A DNA stretch of 64,000 bases from Eledone cirrhosa (GCA_964016885.1 OZ024751.1:12834001-12898000), one strand, 5' to 3'. Shown: positions 42,940 to 56,446, numbered from the stretch's first letter. Notes: generated from the sequence alone by a model not told the origin. Made by a program: numbers and translations.

Positions 42940-43700
42940 AACGGTAGAAAGTGATATCATGTGGCATTATTGTTATGCTTTGCGGTGGATTGGCAGTATC
43001 GGTAGAGGGTCGGACGCCATGCTTTCCAGCATAGTTACGTCCCTTTACGATCTGAGTTCAAATCCCGCCGAGGTTGACTTTGCCTTTCATCCTTACGGGG
43101 TCGATAAAATAAAGTACCAGTAATGCACTGGGTAATTGCTGGCCTTGTGCCTAAAGTAGAAACAATTATTGTTATGCTTTGCGGCATATAGTTATGGCCC
43201 TTTACGCTCTGAGTTCAAATCCAGTGGAGGTTAGCTTTGCCTTTCATCCCCCTTACGGGGTCAATAAAACATATTACCAGTCACGCATTGTGGTCGATTT
43301 AATCGACTTTCTCAGCTCCAAAAGAAATAGCTGAACTTGTGCCTAAATCAGAATACATTATTATTACTATTCGAAACCTACAAAATGAAGTACCAGTCAA
43401 AAACTGGGTCGATTAAGACATACATTCCGTCCCGACCTAAATGAGTTATTTCGTGCCTAATTATCATCTTTATTATTAGTTGTAGTATTAATATTATTAA
43501 GATAGTGGATTAATGGAATCATTTATGGACTGGGACGAGATACTTTAGTTAACGTTCCGAGCTCAAATCCCGCCTAAGTCAACTTTGTCTTTCATCCTTA
43601 CGGGGTGGATAAAATAAAGTACCAGTAATACACTGGGTCGATTTAATCGACTTTCCTCTTCCCCATAATTGCTGGCCTTGTGCCTATATTAGAAACGATT
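42940..43700 (+). mobile_element. Cluster of S1 SINEs including a nested insertion
   Basis: A young copy at about 42982-43169 is flanked by the direct repeat attattgttatgctttgcgg (42966-42985 and 43165-43184). Older copies extend to about 43360 and 43505-43700. Confidence 0.85.
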
Positions 43701-43941
43701 AATATTATTAATATGTACCCTTGTGGAAAATATTGATATCACCATTTATTCTGTCTAAGTATATATATTTATTTACACAAACTCACACACCACGTGTGTG
43801 TGTATTTCAAGTATCTACATATATTTGTACTTACCTACTTAGATTATTTCCTTAAACAATGAGATATGACACACGCAATATATATATGTATATATACATA
43901 CACACACACACTATATATATGTGTATATATACATACACACA

Positions 43942-43990
<49 letters not shown>

Positions 43991-43995
<5 letters not shown>

Positions 43996-44254
43996 TATTC
44001 TATTCTAGGGCGGGTAAAATTCCCGAGATCCATGACGAGTTCTCTCCAGCGGTCTCTGTCCCTCATTATCGATGCCATGTCCTGCGTCTCCAACAGACCA
44101 GTGTCTGTCCTTAGGGCATCAACATACGTTAACCTAATTGAGGTTAGCTGGACATGCTCACCGACATCCAGAGTTGACATTGCACCCAGTGCTCCTGTGG
44201 GAGCCCCTACATGGATACACTGGAAGAGGAAGACCAAGGTTAACGTATGTTGAT
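43991..44254 (-). mobile_element. Second copy of the same RTE-like LINE: 3' end with an inverted 5' segment
   Basis: About 44004-44135 is the reverse complement of about 15068-15200, followed by a (TAGAA)n tail. 44139-44254 matches 14970-15085 in plus orientation. Confidence 0.9.
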
Positions 44255-44482
44255 ATATATATTCCATAATATATATATTAGGAGTAAAGAGACATATAAA
44301 AGGTAAATATTATTTTAACGCTCAGGTGTGTGTGAGATACAGTACATAAACGTTTCAGAGAATCACCCTTCATCTGAGAGTTGAGAAAGGAAGAGAAAGT
44401 GTGTATAAAATTAGATTTACACACACACATATATATATTTATATATATAATGTACACATACACATATATATAATGTACACAT

Positions 44483-44575
<93 letters not shown>

Positions 44576-45430
44576 CCACACAGGAGTGGCAACAATTTTC
44601 TCCTAATAGATATGTATATACAAACACTATCTTATATATTGAGTACCTTTCTTTACTTTTATAAACGTCAAACTTTTACTAAACCTTTATATCTTCATAC
44701 GTTAGCATTATATACATTCATAAATATATATATAAATATATTTATGTGTATATATTTATGTGTGTATATATATACATATGTGCGTGCGTGTTTACAGAAA
44801 CATGTATTATTTTATATATACCCGCACACAGACACACACACATTATATACTGTATATATACTCACACAGACACACACATATATATATATATATATACTCA
44901 CATACACCACACACAGGCATTGTCAGTAGACAAAAGATTTATCTCATTCCACTTCTTTTTTTCACTTAGTGAGTGTGTGATGTAGGGTGATAGTTCTCGA
45001 CCTACTTACCCGTGTTATAACACCACCAAATCTACCCCCACAGTCACCCTCAACTGTTTATTATACCCGACAGAGCCAGTTTCAACCTAAACACAACACA
45101 AACCTTCTCTCTCTTAGACATAACTCCATAATAACTCACGAGTCACTAGTCTATTGAATACAACAGAACGTACAGCACCAGAGTAAAGTAAACACACATA
45201 CACAGAACAAGAGAGGCAGGCAGCATCAGCTAGCTAGCAAGAAAAGACCTCGCACACACGCACAATTGCAGTCCCGTTTAAACCGCACAAACTATTGTTA
45301 GCGATCAGATATTTTCATTTTCACTCCATCCAACCATCCATCCATCCATTCATTCAATCAGCCAGTCAAGGTTTCTTTCCTACTACAGCCAACCAGCCGC
45401 CGTATAGCGCTCACTCACTCCTATATATAT

Positions 45431-45612
45431 ATAGGAAAAAGTTTAACCCCGATGGCAGAGCTGAAGCCGTTTCGACGGCTATTTCTGGAAATAGCCGTCG
45501 AAACGGCTTGAACTCTGCCGTCGGGGTTAAACTTTTTCCTATTACCCACTCTACTACCCTAAGTATTGAGTACTCTTGTGCGTTATGGTCCATTTGGTTC
45601 CTTACCACACCT
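45431..45612 (+). mobile_element. Family A Penelope-like element: inverted-repeat head with a hammerhead 3' half, plus the conserved box
   Basis: Palindromic head at 45431-45542 containing GAAACGGC-ttgaactct-GCCGTC-GGGG, then ACTCTAC..GTATTGAGTAC. Related copies are at about 9866-10017(-), 17405-17513(-), 18891-19080, 23505-23655, 23887-24000, 31486-31545, 59431-59585 and 59610-59740(-). Confidence 0.7.
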
Positions 45613-45929
45613 CCTGCGTTATATATATATATATATATATGATGATGATGATGATGATGATTTCCTTGGAATGAAACAGTTCTAGTCCTGTAGAAGCCAT
45701 TTTTATATTAAATATTATATTTTGTATACACTCTACATTAGTAGAGTGTGAACAACAAATTTAATATAGAAATGGCTTCTACATGACTAGAAATGTTTCA
45801 TTTGGATGAAACTAGTCCTGTAGAAGCCATTTCTATATTAAATTTGTTGTTCATATATATAAATACATATATATATATAGATAAATATATTATAGATAGA
45901 TAGATAGATAGATATCCGTATATGGTTGG

Positions 45930-46045
45930 CGACTGAGGGAGCAGAGTACTCAATACCGAAGTATGGTTTAAATACTCATTTTGGTTCCTGTTTGATGACA
46001 TCGCGATAAAGTCAAAACTCCAGAGTAACAAGACTCACTATTTAA
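45930..46045. mobile_element. Family D Penelope-like remnant with a decayed hammerhead
   Basis: CCTGT-TTGATGA-CATCGCGATAAAGTC-AAAA-CTC-CA-GAG-TA-ACAAG on plus, with an inverted copy of the shared box upstream. A related copy is at about 50235-50320(-). Confidence 0.5.
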
Positions 46046-46429
46046 CCTTACTAAATTGAATACACACACACACAGGGTGTCTCAAATAAATGTATACACA
46101 CTTATAACCAAAGTGTGTATACATTTTTGGGACACCCTCTATATATATTAATATATATATATATATCGAGATATATTATCTACCACACGAAACCTTATAT
46201 ATTTATATATCAATGTATTTCTATAACTATTTACCTACCTATCTCTCACACACAGATATATCACATATCTATTTATTTATCTATATAGATATTATCTGCC
46301 CTTTGAAAGGTTGGCACCGTAGTAAAAGCTTATATTGTCTTTAAATTTAAACTGAAAGTAAATAAATAGATTCTACAATTTAGCCTGTATGGAGTCTTTT
46401 TTTTTATATGACTGGATTAAATATATATA

Positions 46430-46590
46430 TAAACAAATTTAAAATAGAAAGGGCTTCTACAGGACTAGAACTGTTTCATTCGAAGGAAATCACCAGGAAA
46501 AGCCTATATTAAATTTGTTGTATACACTCTACTAATGTATTGAGTACTTTACTTGCTGTGGTTACCCCCCGATTAAACCACTGACCCACA
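46430..46590. mobile_element. Family B Penelope-like element with a hammerhead motif
   Basis: Minus strand reads TTTC-CTGGTGA-TTTCCTTCGAAT-GAAACAG-TTCTAGTC-CTGTA-GAAGCC, followed on plus by the shared box. Related copies are at about 16210-16520, 17295-17390, 45652-45855 and 49461-49518. Confidence 0.65.
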
Positions 46591-46636
46591 CACACTAATA
46601 TACATATAATTCTCAAGATATATTACATATAATACT

Positions 46637-46674
<38 letters not shown>

Positions 46675-46763
46675 TAAATTAACGGAGCCAAAGACTCGCG
46701 TTATTCCCTGTCAATTATGTGCTCAAAGGAAACCTGAGCTCTTCAAATATATATATATATATA

Positions 46764-46932
46764 TAATTGTTTCTACTTTAGGCACAAGGCCAGCAATCAC
46801 CCAGTGCATTACTGGTACTTTATTTTATCGACCCCGTAAGGATGAAAGGCAAAGTCAACCTCGGCGGGATTTGAACTCAGATCATAAAGGGACATAATAC
46901 TCAAATATATATATATATATATATATAATACT

Positions 46933-46969
<37 letters not shown>

Positions 46970-46971
46970 CT

Positions 46972-47011
<40 letters not shown>

Positions 47012-47107
47012 TACTTTTTTGCACAAGGCCAGCAAATATTCCAGTGTATTACTGGTACTTTATTTTATCGACCCCATAAGGATGAAAGGCAAAGTTTAAC
47101 CTCCGCC
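46764..47107 (-). mobile_element. Two 5'-truncated S1 SINEs in TA tracts
   Basis: Tail plus core at 46764-46893 and 47004-47107. Confidence 0.8.
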
Positions 47108-48076
47108 CGTCACTCCCTCTATCCAGCAATCATGTTGTATCAATATAACTACTATTACTCTCTCTGTATCTATCTACTAGAGAAAGGGATAGGGTATTAT
47201 TTACACTGTAAGGTGTGGGTAATTGTGGTGAGGGACACTCAAACTTCTTTTATGTGGCACACACACACACACATACACCGTCTGTCTTTATACAATGAAG
47301 TGTAGGTGTTGTTTTCGTTGTAGTTGTTATACAGTATGTTCACTGGAGCATGGCTGACTGGGTAAGAGCAGGGAGGGTGGTAGGGGCTTGAGGAGTGGGT
47401 GGGGGTGATAGTGAATGTCTTACACTACACTACAACAACAACACTATATAAACAACAGCAGCTCTTACACAACTGATGATTATAAAAAAAAAAAGCTAGC
47501 AAGTTTCACCTTCCCTCATCCATAACCTACTTTTCATGTCACACACATTTAGGGGAGGGGGTATATATATATGAATGTGTGTGTGTGTGTCTATGTGTGT
47601 GTATTTCTTTGAATGAAAAGGCAATAACAACAGAAAAAAAGGCCTTTTTAATCCTTTAAACGAACCGAGGAGAAGAAAAGTGCATAAATCTACCCACCCA
47701 TTTCTCACTTTCTTAAGAACCCTCATCCGGAATATGAGAGAAATTCCCCGACACTTTTTACAGTCCCCGTGGAGAGAACGCTAGTCTAAAATATAAATAC
47801 GCCATTTACTTCTCCAACGTACAATTTTAACTAAATATAAAAGCAGTTAACCCCAGAATGCCCTCAGTCAATCGACTGGAACAATTAAAGATGTAAAAAA
47901 TAGTTCAAGCAACCGTAAGAATCCAATAATGTTGAGACTCAAGTTTTTTCTCTCTGATCCGTGGCGAACGGATGGCAACGAATTATCTAGTGCAACACCC
48001 GGATAGGACGCTAGTCATTATACATATTAAGTTCTCCATTTTCAAGAAACGGCAAGAGTCCCATCTATCCAATAAT

Positions 48077-48260
48077 TTTTTCTACTTTAGGTACAAGGCC
48101 AGATTAAATCGACCCCAGTGCATTACTGTGCTTTTATTTTATCGACCCCCGTAACGATGAAAAGCAAAGCTAACTTCGGCGGGATTTGAACTCAGAACGT
48201 AAAGGGCCGTACAGCTATGCCGTGAAGCATGGTGTCCGACGCTCTACCGATTCTGCCAAA
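48077..48260 (-). mobile_element. S1 SINE
   Basis: Core and B-box match the family; atccaataat occurs on both sides as a possible TSD. Confidence 0.8.
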
Positions 48261-49177
48261 TCCATCCAATAATGTAGAGACATAATTTAAATCAGTTTTT
48301 TCCTCTGATCTTCTGGCAAACGGATGAGAGAGGAATATCTATTTCACCACCTGGAAAGTGCGCTAGTCTTTATTCATTCATGTTAACTACTATAATAGTT
48401 TTAGTGTCTAATTGTAAATATTTCGTTAGTCAATAATCTTAAGAATCCAATAAAATCGAAGTTCGAACCTTAAGCAACGATTTTGACTGGGGCCACATTG
48501 AACTGTATTTATCATGCGAGACAATAATATATTATATGCTCATGGATGGGTCGACAGTCCGTCACACTTAACTTTCCTTTTCACCAAAGATTTACCATTT
48601 CAATTATCCATATAAAGATTGTAAATATATAAACACCTTATTACTTATTTTTGTTTTACATTTTGCCTTAGTATTTATTGTGCCCTACGCCTTGGGCCCG
48701 TGTGGTCCCGTGACCAAGGAAAGAAATTATTATTAGTTAAATCAATGAAGTGCGAATATAGGCTGTCCCCTTTAAAAAGGTATACATACTTCAACAGCAT
48801 TCTAATAAATATTGCCTGTAGAGGTAATCAAAGTGTGTGTACATTTTGCGGGGACATCCTGTATTTTCAAGCATTTTTAGATAGACAAAAAATGAAGACC
48901 CTTTGGCGAAAATTGAACCCGCATCACTATCAGTCGCCTATATTGTACCAGTAATGTACTGGGTCGATTTCATCGATTTACCCCAAACAAACCCAATCCT
49001 TGGTGGCCTTGTGCTTAAATCAGAAACCACTATTATCATTATTTAGTATTTATAATGAAAGATACGGAGGAAAGACGCACGACCCGATGAATGCGTGTGT
49101 ATATATATTTATGTGTGTGGGTGTATACATATATCTGTGTGTGTGTATATATATTTATCTGTGCATATATGTGTGTG

Positions 49178-49209
<32 letters not shown>

Positions 49210-49426
49210 AAGAATGGATGTGCTCATGCGGACAGGTGGTATAGGATAAATAACTTATAAAGTAAGTTGAAGACCATTAAAAAAAAAAAGGGGGGGACGG
49301 TGCCCCAGCATGGCCTCAACCGGGTGGGTGGAACAGTAAAAAAGTAAGTTGCCATCGGTCGCTATGCGGAATCGAACACCATATCATACATTATCTATAT
49401 AAATAAAATTCGAACGGTGTCCGCTC

Positions 49427-49466
<40 letters not shown>

Positions 49467-50453
49467 GACTTCTACAGGACTAGAACCGTTTTATTCAAAA
49501 GAAATCATCAGGAAATCATGTATATGGAGGCCGGAAAGACTGCTGGTGAGTACTACATGATACATGATAATGTAGAAGTACCGATTATATATAAATACAG
49601 GGGCGGTGGGACTGGGGGAGTCAAGGCCCCTTCGATAGTTATTTTACTCCCCAAACTACCAAAACACGTATCTATCTGTATATTCGCTACAATTAATGTA
49701 CGTTATATTTATATTTTTTTCATATATCTTGGTTGATATTTGATAATAAACTGCTAAATTAACCAAATATATATATATATATATATTTATATACACACAG
49801 GGTGTATATGTATACACACTTCAACATAAATATAATTAAAGTATATATACATTTTGGGGGGAACACCCTGTAATATATATATATATATACGCAGTAGTTT
49901 GGTGTAGAGTTGAAAACCGTGTCTAAATTTAGCCGCAGAGAATTATAGCAATGGCGCGAGATGTAGGGAGTTCGAAACTGGGTTGTGATTATGTCTCCAC
50001 CCTGGGTGGGTTGGTTGCTCGTTCCTTACTAGAAACGTCTAACTGCACAAGAAGAAATGAATGAATACCATATATATCTTTATAAATATGTATGTTGAGT
50101 GTGTGTGTATATGTCAAAATATTAACCAATATATATATATATATATGACAATACTGTCTTATTTATAACTAGATACGTGCACACACATAATATTATATGT
50201 GTGTGTGCATGTGTATGGTTGACTGCTGAGAGAAAGGAGTACTCAATACCACCGAAGTAGAGTTTTAATATTCATTTCATTGAGTCTTATTCTGGAGTTT
50301 CGCTTATTTATCACGCGTACCACAAAATTGTATACGTTCTTAGATTAAAAACTGTAAGGCAATATTTATTAGAATGCTGAAGTGTGTATACATTTTTGGG
50401 GGACACCCTGTGTGTGAAGTGTGTATACATTTTTTGGGGACACCCTGTGTGTC

Positions 50454-50635
50454 ATCATCATCCTCGTTTAACGTCCACTTTCCACGCTAGCATGGGTTAG
50501 ACGGGAGTTGTCCCACTTGAGGCAAGATTGGTCGGGAGACCGTGTCTCGCTTATATAGGACTATCTGGCATGTTTTCTACGGCTGGATGCCCTTCCTAAC
50601 ACCAACCACATTTACAGTGTGGACTGGGAACTTTT
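50454..50635 (-). mobile_element. SINE 3' portion with a (GAT)n tail
   Basis: Minus strand ends CCCATGCTAGCGTGGAAAGTGGACGTTAAACGAGGATGATGATG. The same tail occurs at 13-48(+) and about 36058-36090(+). Confidence 0.65.
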
Positions 50636-50739
50636 TACCGTGCTACCTATGTATATGTGTACTATATATATATGTGTGTGTGTGTGTACTATATATATAT
50701 ATGTGTGTGTGTGTGTGTATTAGTTATATATGTGTGTGT

Positions 50740-50802
<63 letters not shown>

Positions 50803-50989
50803 ACTATATACATAAGCAGCCTTAAAATTTCGTTGACATTAATGTTGATTGACTTCCACTATGCGCCGCCCGTAATTTAATAATTAGACAAATAGAGATC
50901 GATATCGATAAGATATAAAAATCGGGTTCAATATTATTAAAAACTTTGAAAACATTGGTCCAGTATGGCCGTATCACTATGACGGAACA

Positions 50990-51243
50990 TAAAGGGCCAT
51001 AACTCTGTGCCGCAAAGTATGGTGTCCGACTCTCTACCGATACTGCCAATCCACCGCCATAATAACAATAATTGTTTCTACTTGTGGCACAAGGCCAGCA
51101 ATTATCCCAGTGCATTACTGGTACTTTATTTTATCGACCCCGTAAGGATGAAAGGCAAAGGTAACCTCGGCGGGATTTGAAGTCAGAATGGCAAGGGCCA
51201 TAACTCTATGCGTCATAGTATGGCGTCCGACCCTCTACCGATA
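50990..51243 (-). mobile_element. S1 SINE head fragment plus an adjacent near-full copy
   Basis: Matches the family consensus. Confidence 0.8.
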
Positions 51244-51770
51244 ATAATGACGTTTGCTTTCTCTTCATAATAACCCTGATATGGACACACAGACACAATA
51301 TGCACAAATATATAGATAAAACACACACATACACACAATAATGTGTATATATCTATCATTTTCTTAAGTTTATCTAATGTGACGAACGTGTCTCCCTCCC
51401 CATTTATTGCAATGTCTTAAATGTTTTAACACATCTTACTTCATACATGACTCTCGTGCTACGAGGCACCAATCCTTTTCCTTGATGTCACACAAAATTC
51501 TATGTGTATTTAGCTTAATACCTTATAAATTAATGTTTTGTCTCTCGTCTCTTGTTCCACTTGGCAGCGTTTGGCTTATACCAGACGCTGTGACCCTGGG
51601 TGGACCAATAGTATCGTTGGTAGGGGTCGAAACTGCCAAAGTACATCTCAACAGCCGATGACCCTGGAGTTCTGTGTCTTTCGTTTGTCTTTTTTTTTCT
51701 AAAGATTTTTCGTTTTGTTTCGTTGTCTCATCATATCTTTGTTCATTTTCTTAAGTTTACACACACACAC

Positions 51771-51801
<31 letters not shown>

Positions 51802-52053
51802 AACACATGTGTGAGTGTGTGTCTGAATACATGCTTCTATATATTCGCCTCGCCCATTAATAATAATAGTCGTTTCTAATATAAGCAGAAGGATAGAAAT
51901 TGAAGTTTTACCGGGTAAAACCTGGCATTTTATTTTATCGAGCCCAGAAGGATGAAAGGCGATGTTGACTTCAGTTGGTTTTGAACTCGGGTTCCTATAT
52001 CCCGGAACAAATATCACAAGTCATTTGCCGCCTGCCCACCTCTCTAATGACAG

Positions 52054-52087
<34 letters not shown>

Positions 52088-52532
52088 GATGTGCGTGTGT
52101 TAAGTATATATATGTGTGTGTATGTAAGTATATATGCATAGATACACACAATATATATAAATATAATGCATAAAATCAGTGTTTATTTTGTAAAGCCCTT
52201 GTAGGAAAATAGCAAAATCGGCATTATTTTGCCTATTTAACTGGTCTCCTCTCATAGGAAATGTCTTGGGTGTTTTAGTGATAGACAAGTGATCATGACA
52301 AGCAACGTGAAAAAAAGCATTTTCCTCAAATTCAATGACACAACGCGCTGCCCAGGTCGCGAACCGAACTTTCGATCTTATGAACGGGAATTCAACATCC
52401 TAACCACTAGGCTTCCAGGGTGTGATGTGCACTCATAAACAGACTATTAATGTGAATAACTAAACAATTCAGGACCATTTAAATTTGATTTGACACACTG
52501 ATGATTTCTATCAAACACTTGAACAGTTAATG

Positions 52533-52735
52533 ATATTGCTTTCTGATTTAGACACAAAGGGGGAAGTCAATTGAATCGACCCAAGTACATTACTGGTACT
52601 TTATTTTATCGACTCTGTAAGGATGAAAGGCACAGTTAACCTCGGCAGGATTTGAAATCAGATCGTAAAAGGGGCGTAGCCCTATGCTATAAAGCCTTTT
52701 TTGTCCGACGCTCTACCGATAATGCAAATCCACCG
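52533..52735 (-). mobile_element. S1 SINE (diverged)
   Basis: Core actggtactttattttatcgac..ggatgaaaggc and B-box are recognisable. More decayed copies follow to about 53100. Confidence 0.75.
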
Positions 52736-53484
52736 TCCTTGAGCATTTAACGATATTAATAATTGTTTCTACTATTGTTAGCAGGCCAGCAAAGTCGAAT
52801 ATATCGACCTTAGTACTTAAATAGTCCTTATATTTTACCGAGCCGAGAATGAAGAAAGGCAACGTTTGTCTTGCCGCAGCAGGATTTGAACTTAAAACGT
52901 AAAGAATCTTAACTAAGCCGTACAAAGGGCCACGAAGAAGGAGTTCGTCAACCACTTCCCTACTTCTATATGTTATCAATCCTGGAAGAATGAAAAATTA
53001 AATTCACTTCACCGGGATTCAAACTCGGAACGTATACACCAAGAATCAGAACAAATACCGCGAGGTATTTCCGATCCTCTGCCGATTTCGCTATTATTCA
53101 AATCCTTTCATTTTATTAGCCACGCGGGTTCGTATATAGAATACAATAAATGTGTTTCAACTTTAATTTATCGACCCAAGAGGTGCGAAAATTCAGCTTA
53201 TTGGGATTAGAAGTCTAAACTATTAGAGTGTAATTAACTGATTAATAAAATAATTAATAAAATGAAATTATATATGTGTGTGTATATATATATATATATA
53301 GTATACAAGGATCGGAATTAAGAGTATTCTGCAGTTCACAGTAATAATAATAATATTAGCTTAAGAATAGAAGAATAGAGAATTTTCATCTGAGCTCAAA
53401 TACAAATATATTACACAGAGGGATAATTGTAATAATTCTTTACACACATCTCACTGTGTAACACTCTTCTCTCTGTGTAATATT

Positions 53485-53527
<43 letters not shown>

Positions 53528-54649
53528 GGGCCCCTCAAAAATGTATACATACTTTGATTACCTGTACAGGCAATATTTATTAGAATGCACAACCTTTCCC
53601 TCAAATAAAATGATCTACATACATAATTCAATTGTTTACCTAATTTAAATAAATAATGTATATAAAATAAAATTTATTTTAATGCATTTTTTAAAGATTT
53701 TGTTGTGTATACATTTTTTGGGGGACACCTTGTATATATATATATATATAATTTCACTGTATTTCGCACACCGTAACAATAATAATAATAATTATTATTA
53801 TTATAACAACAAACTATCCAGTACATTGTTTCCGACACAAGCAGTAATGAGATGTTGTGGGGTTTATGTGCTGTGCAGAAATGCAATATTTTAAAGCCCT
53901 CGGTTAATTTGTGTGAAGTGAAACGTGAGACAGAATCGAAACCATGACCCACGGGGAGCTGTTGGTTGGTCTGTCGGTATTCATTACTTGTGTTATTTCC
54001 AGAAAATAGAAATTTGGATGTTGTGACATTCATTCCTTTTTAGCATTGGTATATTTTACTAATAAGTTATTTGACTTAGGTGGGGGGATATACTATTTTA
54101 GAGTCGGGCTGAGATAGGCGTTGATGCGGTGGAGTTTATGCCTTGCCCAAACAAGAAAAAAGCCTGAACGAGCAAAGTAATGAGCCCTTACGTGATCGCA
54201 TAATCTGCTAGAAACAGCAGCTAAATCTCCCTCATAACAATGTACCGTCTTTAAACAAACACACAATATAGGATGAAATGAAACACGATGGTGGTCACGA
54301 CTAGAATGTCTTTAATCATAGGTCTGTTTGATCAGGGGTGACATAGTCTAAATAATGACTTCTAATTTCGAGGAAGAGATAATCGAGCATAACTGGTACT
54401 TTATTTTATCGAACCCGCGATGATGACATGCAAAAAAAAAAAAAAAAAAAAAAAAAAAGTTGACCTCGACGGTATTTGAACTCGCACTAAATACTGCAAA
54501 ATATTTTGTACGTCACCCTAACGACTACCAAATCGCCGCCTTGGTCTAAATAGTAACATAACTAAATAGTACTAAGAACAATTATTGACATGAGTAAATA
54601 AGAAATTGCTCTAGGTGAATCTAAAGACGAAATCGAAACCCCTGTGTAC

Positions 54650-55745
54650 TTTCGGTTTGCCAAGAAACCTCCTTACCTTTCTGCTCTACAGCGCCTGATT
54701 CCTGCAGTACTCCCGATTTTTGACGCTCGCTTTTTACAACGGCGTCCCACACGCTGTGTTTACTGTCTATCACTATCAGCTTGCTAGCTACCCAAGACAC
54801 CTTACGCCCTGCCCTCTGCTTTACAGCATCACCAGCTCGAAGTAGATACCCGAGACACCTTGCGCCCTGCTCTATAACGTCGCTCCCGCTCGTTGTAGCT
54901 ACCCAACATCCCGTTTACCTTCTAGTCTATCTAGCATCCCATTCACTGTACTTATTACCCTACTCTACGACGGCCGACTCGTTGTACTCACGGCTTGCCA
55001 ACAAACCACACGTTCTGCTTAACAGCTTTGATGTACTCTCAGCTGCCCAAAGAAACTTTCACGTTCCATTTCTGCGAAATTACCATACCAAGTATTCATT
55101 CCGTTTCATTCTACAATTCTACATAATTAATATTCTAAACTACTCAAGAGCCCTTACTTTCAATTCCACGGCTTCGTTGTATTTAGGGTTACTCAAGAAA
55201 ACTTACGTTCCACGCTACGGAAACACCGTACTCTGTTACGCAAGAAAATCTTACGCCCCGCTTTATGTAATTAGCGTACTCTCGGTTACCCCCAAAATCT
55301 TACGCTCCTCTCTATTGAAATACCGTTCTCTCAGTTACCCAAGAAATCTTACTTACGCTCATCCTCTCTATAGAAAAGCTGTTCTCTCGGTTAACCAAGA
55401 AATCTTACTTACGCTCCTCTCTATTGAAATACCGTTCTCTCGGTTACCCAAGAAATCTTACTTACGCTCCTCTCTATTGAAATACCGTTCTCTCGGTTAC
55501 CCAAGAAATCTTACTTACGCTCCTCTCTATTGAAATACCGTTCTTTCAGTTACCCACTAAATATTACGCTCTGTTCTGTTACCCAAGAAATCTTACTTAT
55601 GCAATAGGGAAATACCGTACTCTAAGTTACCCAAGAAATTGTACGTTCCACTCTATGTAAATGATATTAAATGAACCTTATGTTTTTCATTACGAAGTTC
55701 CATACGCTGCACTCTCGGATACCCAAGAAAACCTGCACCATTTCA
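54650..55745. repeat. About 53-bp minisatellite with a homogeneous core and diverged flanks
   Basis: Unit tacccaagaaatcttacttacgctcctctctattgaaataccgttctctcggt is near-perfect at about 55390-55550. The tacccaaga-like motif recurs about every 50 bp on both sides. Confidence 0.8.
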
Positions 55746-56446
55746 CACCAAAATTCCAGACAAATTATTTCTATAGTGCTGTTGATTTTATCATTATTAT
55801 TATTATTATTATTATTATTTCCTGTGCTTATATAATAATTTGAGAGAAATTGATGACAAAAATAATCAACATATCATAGCACACACACACGGAGATAACT
55901 AATTAAAAAAATGGAATTAGCAGAAACAGGAAAGACGTTATAAATGCGCCATAATACAGGTATACCAGTATACATTTTTGGTAGATTTATCTACATATAT
56001 ATATAAAGAATTAGTATATTTACTAACATATATATACAGATGCATACCTATGCCAGCAAATATATAGGTTTTGTCTTAGTAATATATATAACATACACAC
56101 ACACACATTAAAACTGAAAGTACAATTTTGATGACTACCTCGGGATGCCAAATTATTTTTTAAAGGAATTGCGAGTATTTTCCTAGTCACTAAAGAAAAA
56201 TTTCATCTGGAATACACACACACACATTATTCTCTCATACATTATATACATAGACATATATACACACGCACATATATTTTTCTCTTTAAAAATTAGATAT
56301 GTAAAGACATATGTATATAATATTCTCTCATACTATATATGAAATGAATAAATAACTAGGGTTAAATTACACTAGTAAAAAATATTTACGAACGTTTTTC
56401 AAATACAGAAGTACCATTTTATCTCGCTGTACTGAATTCTTCAGAT

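Noticed and set aside
54781-55533. 250-aa ORF, or a CRISPR-like array
   Set aside because: The ORF is a minisatellite translation. The context is eukaryotic, there are no cas genes, and the core spacers are identical to each other.
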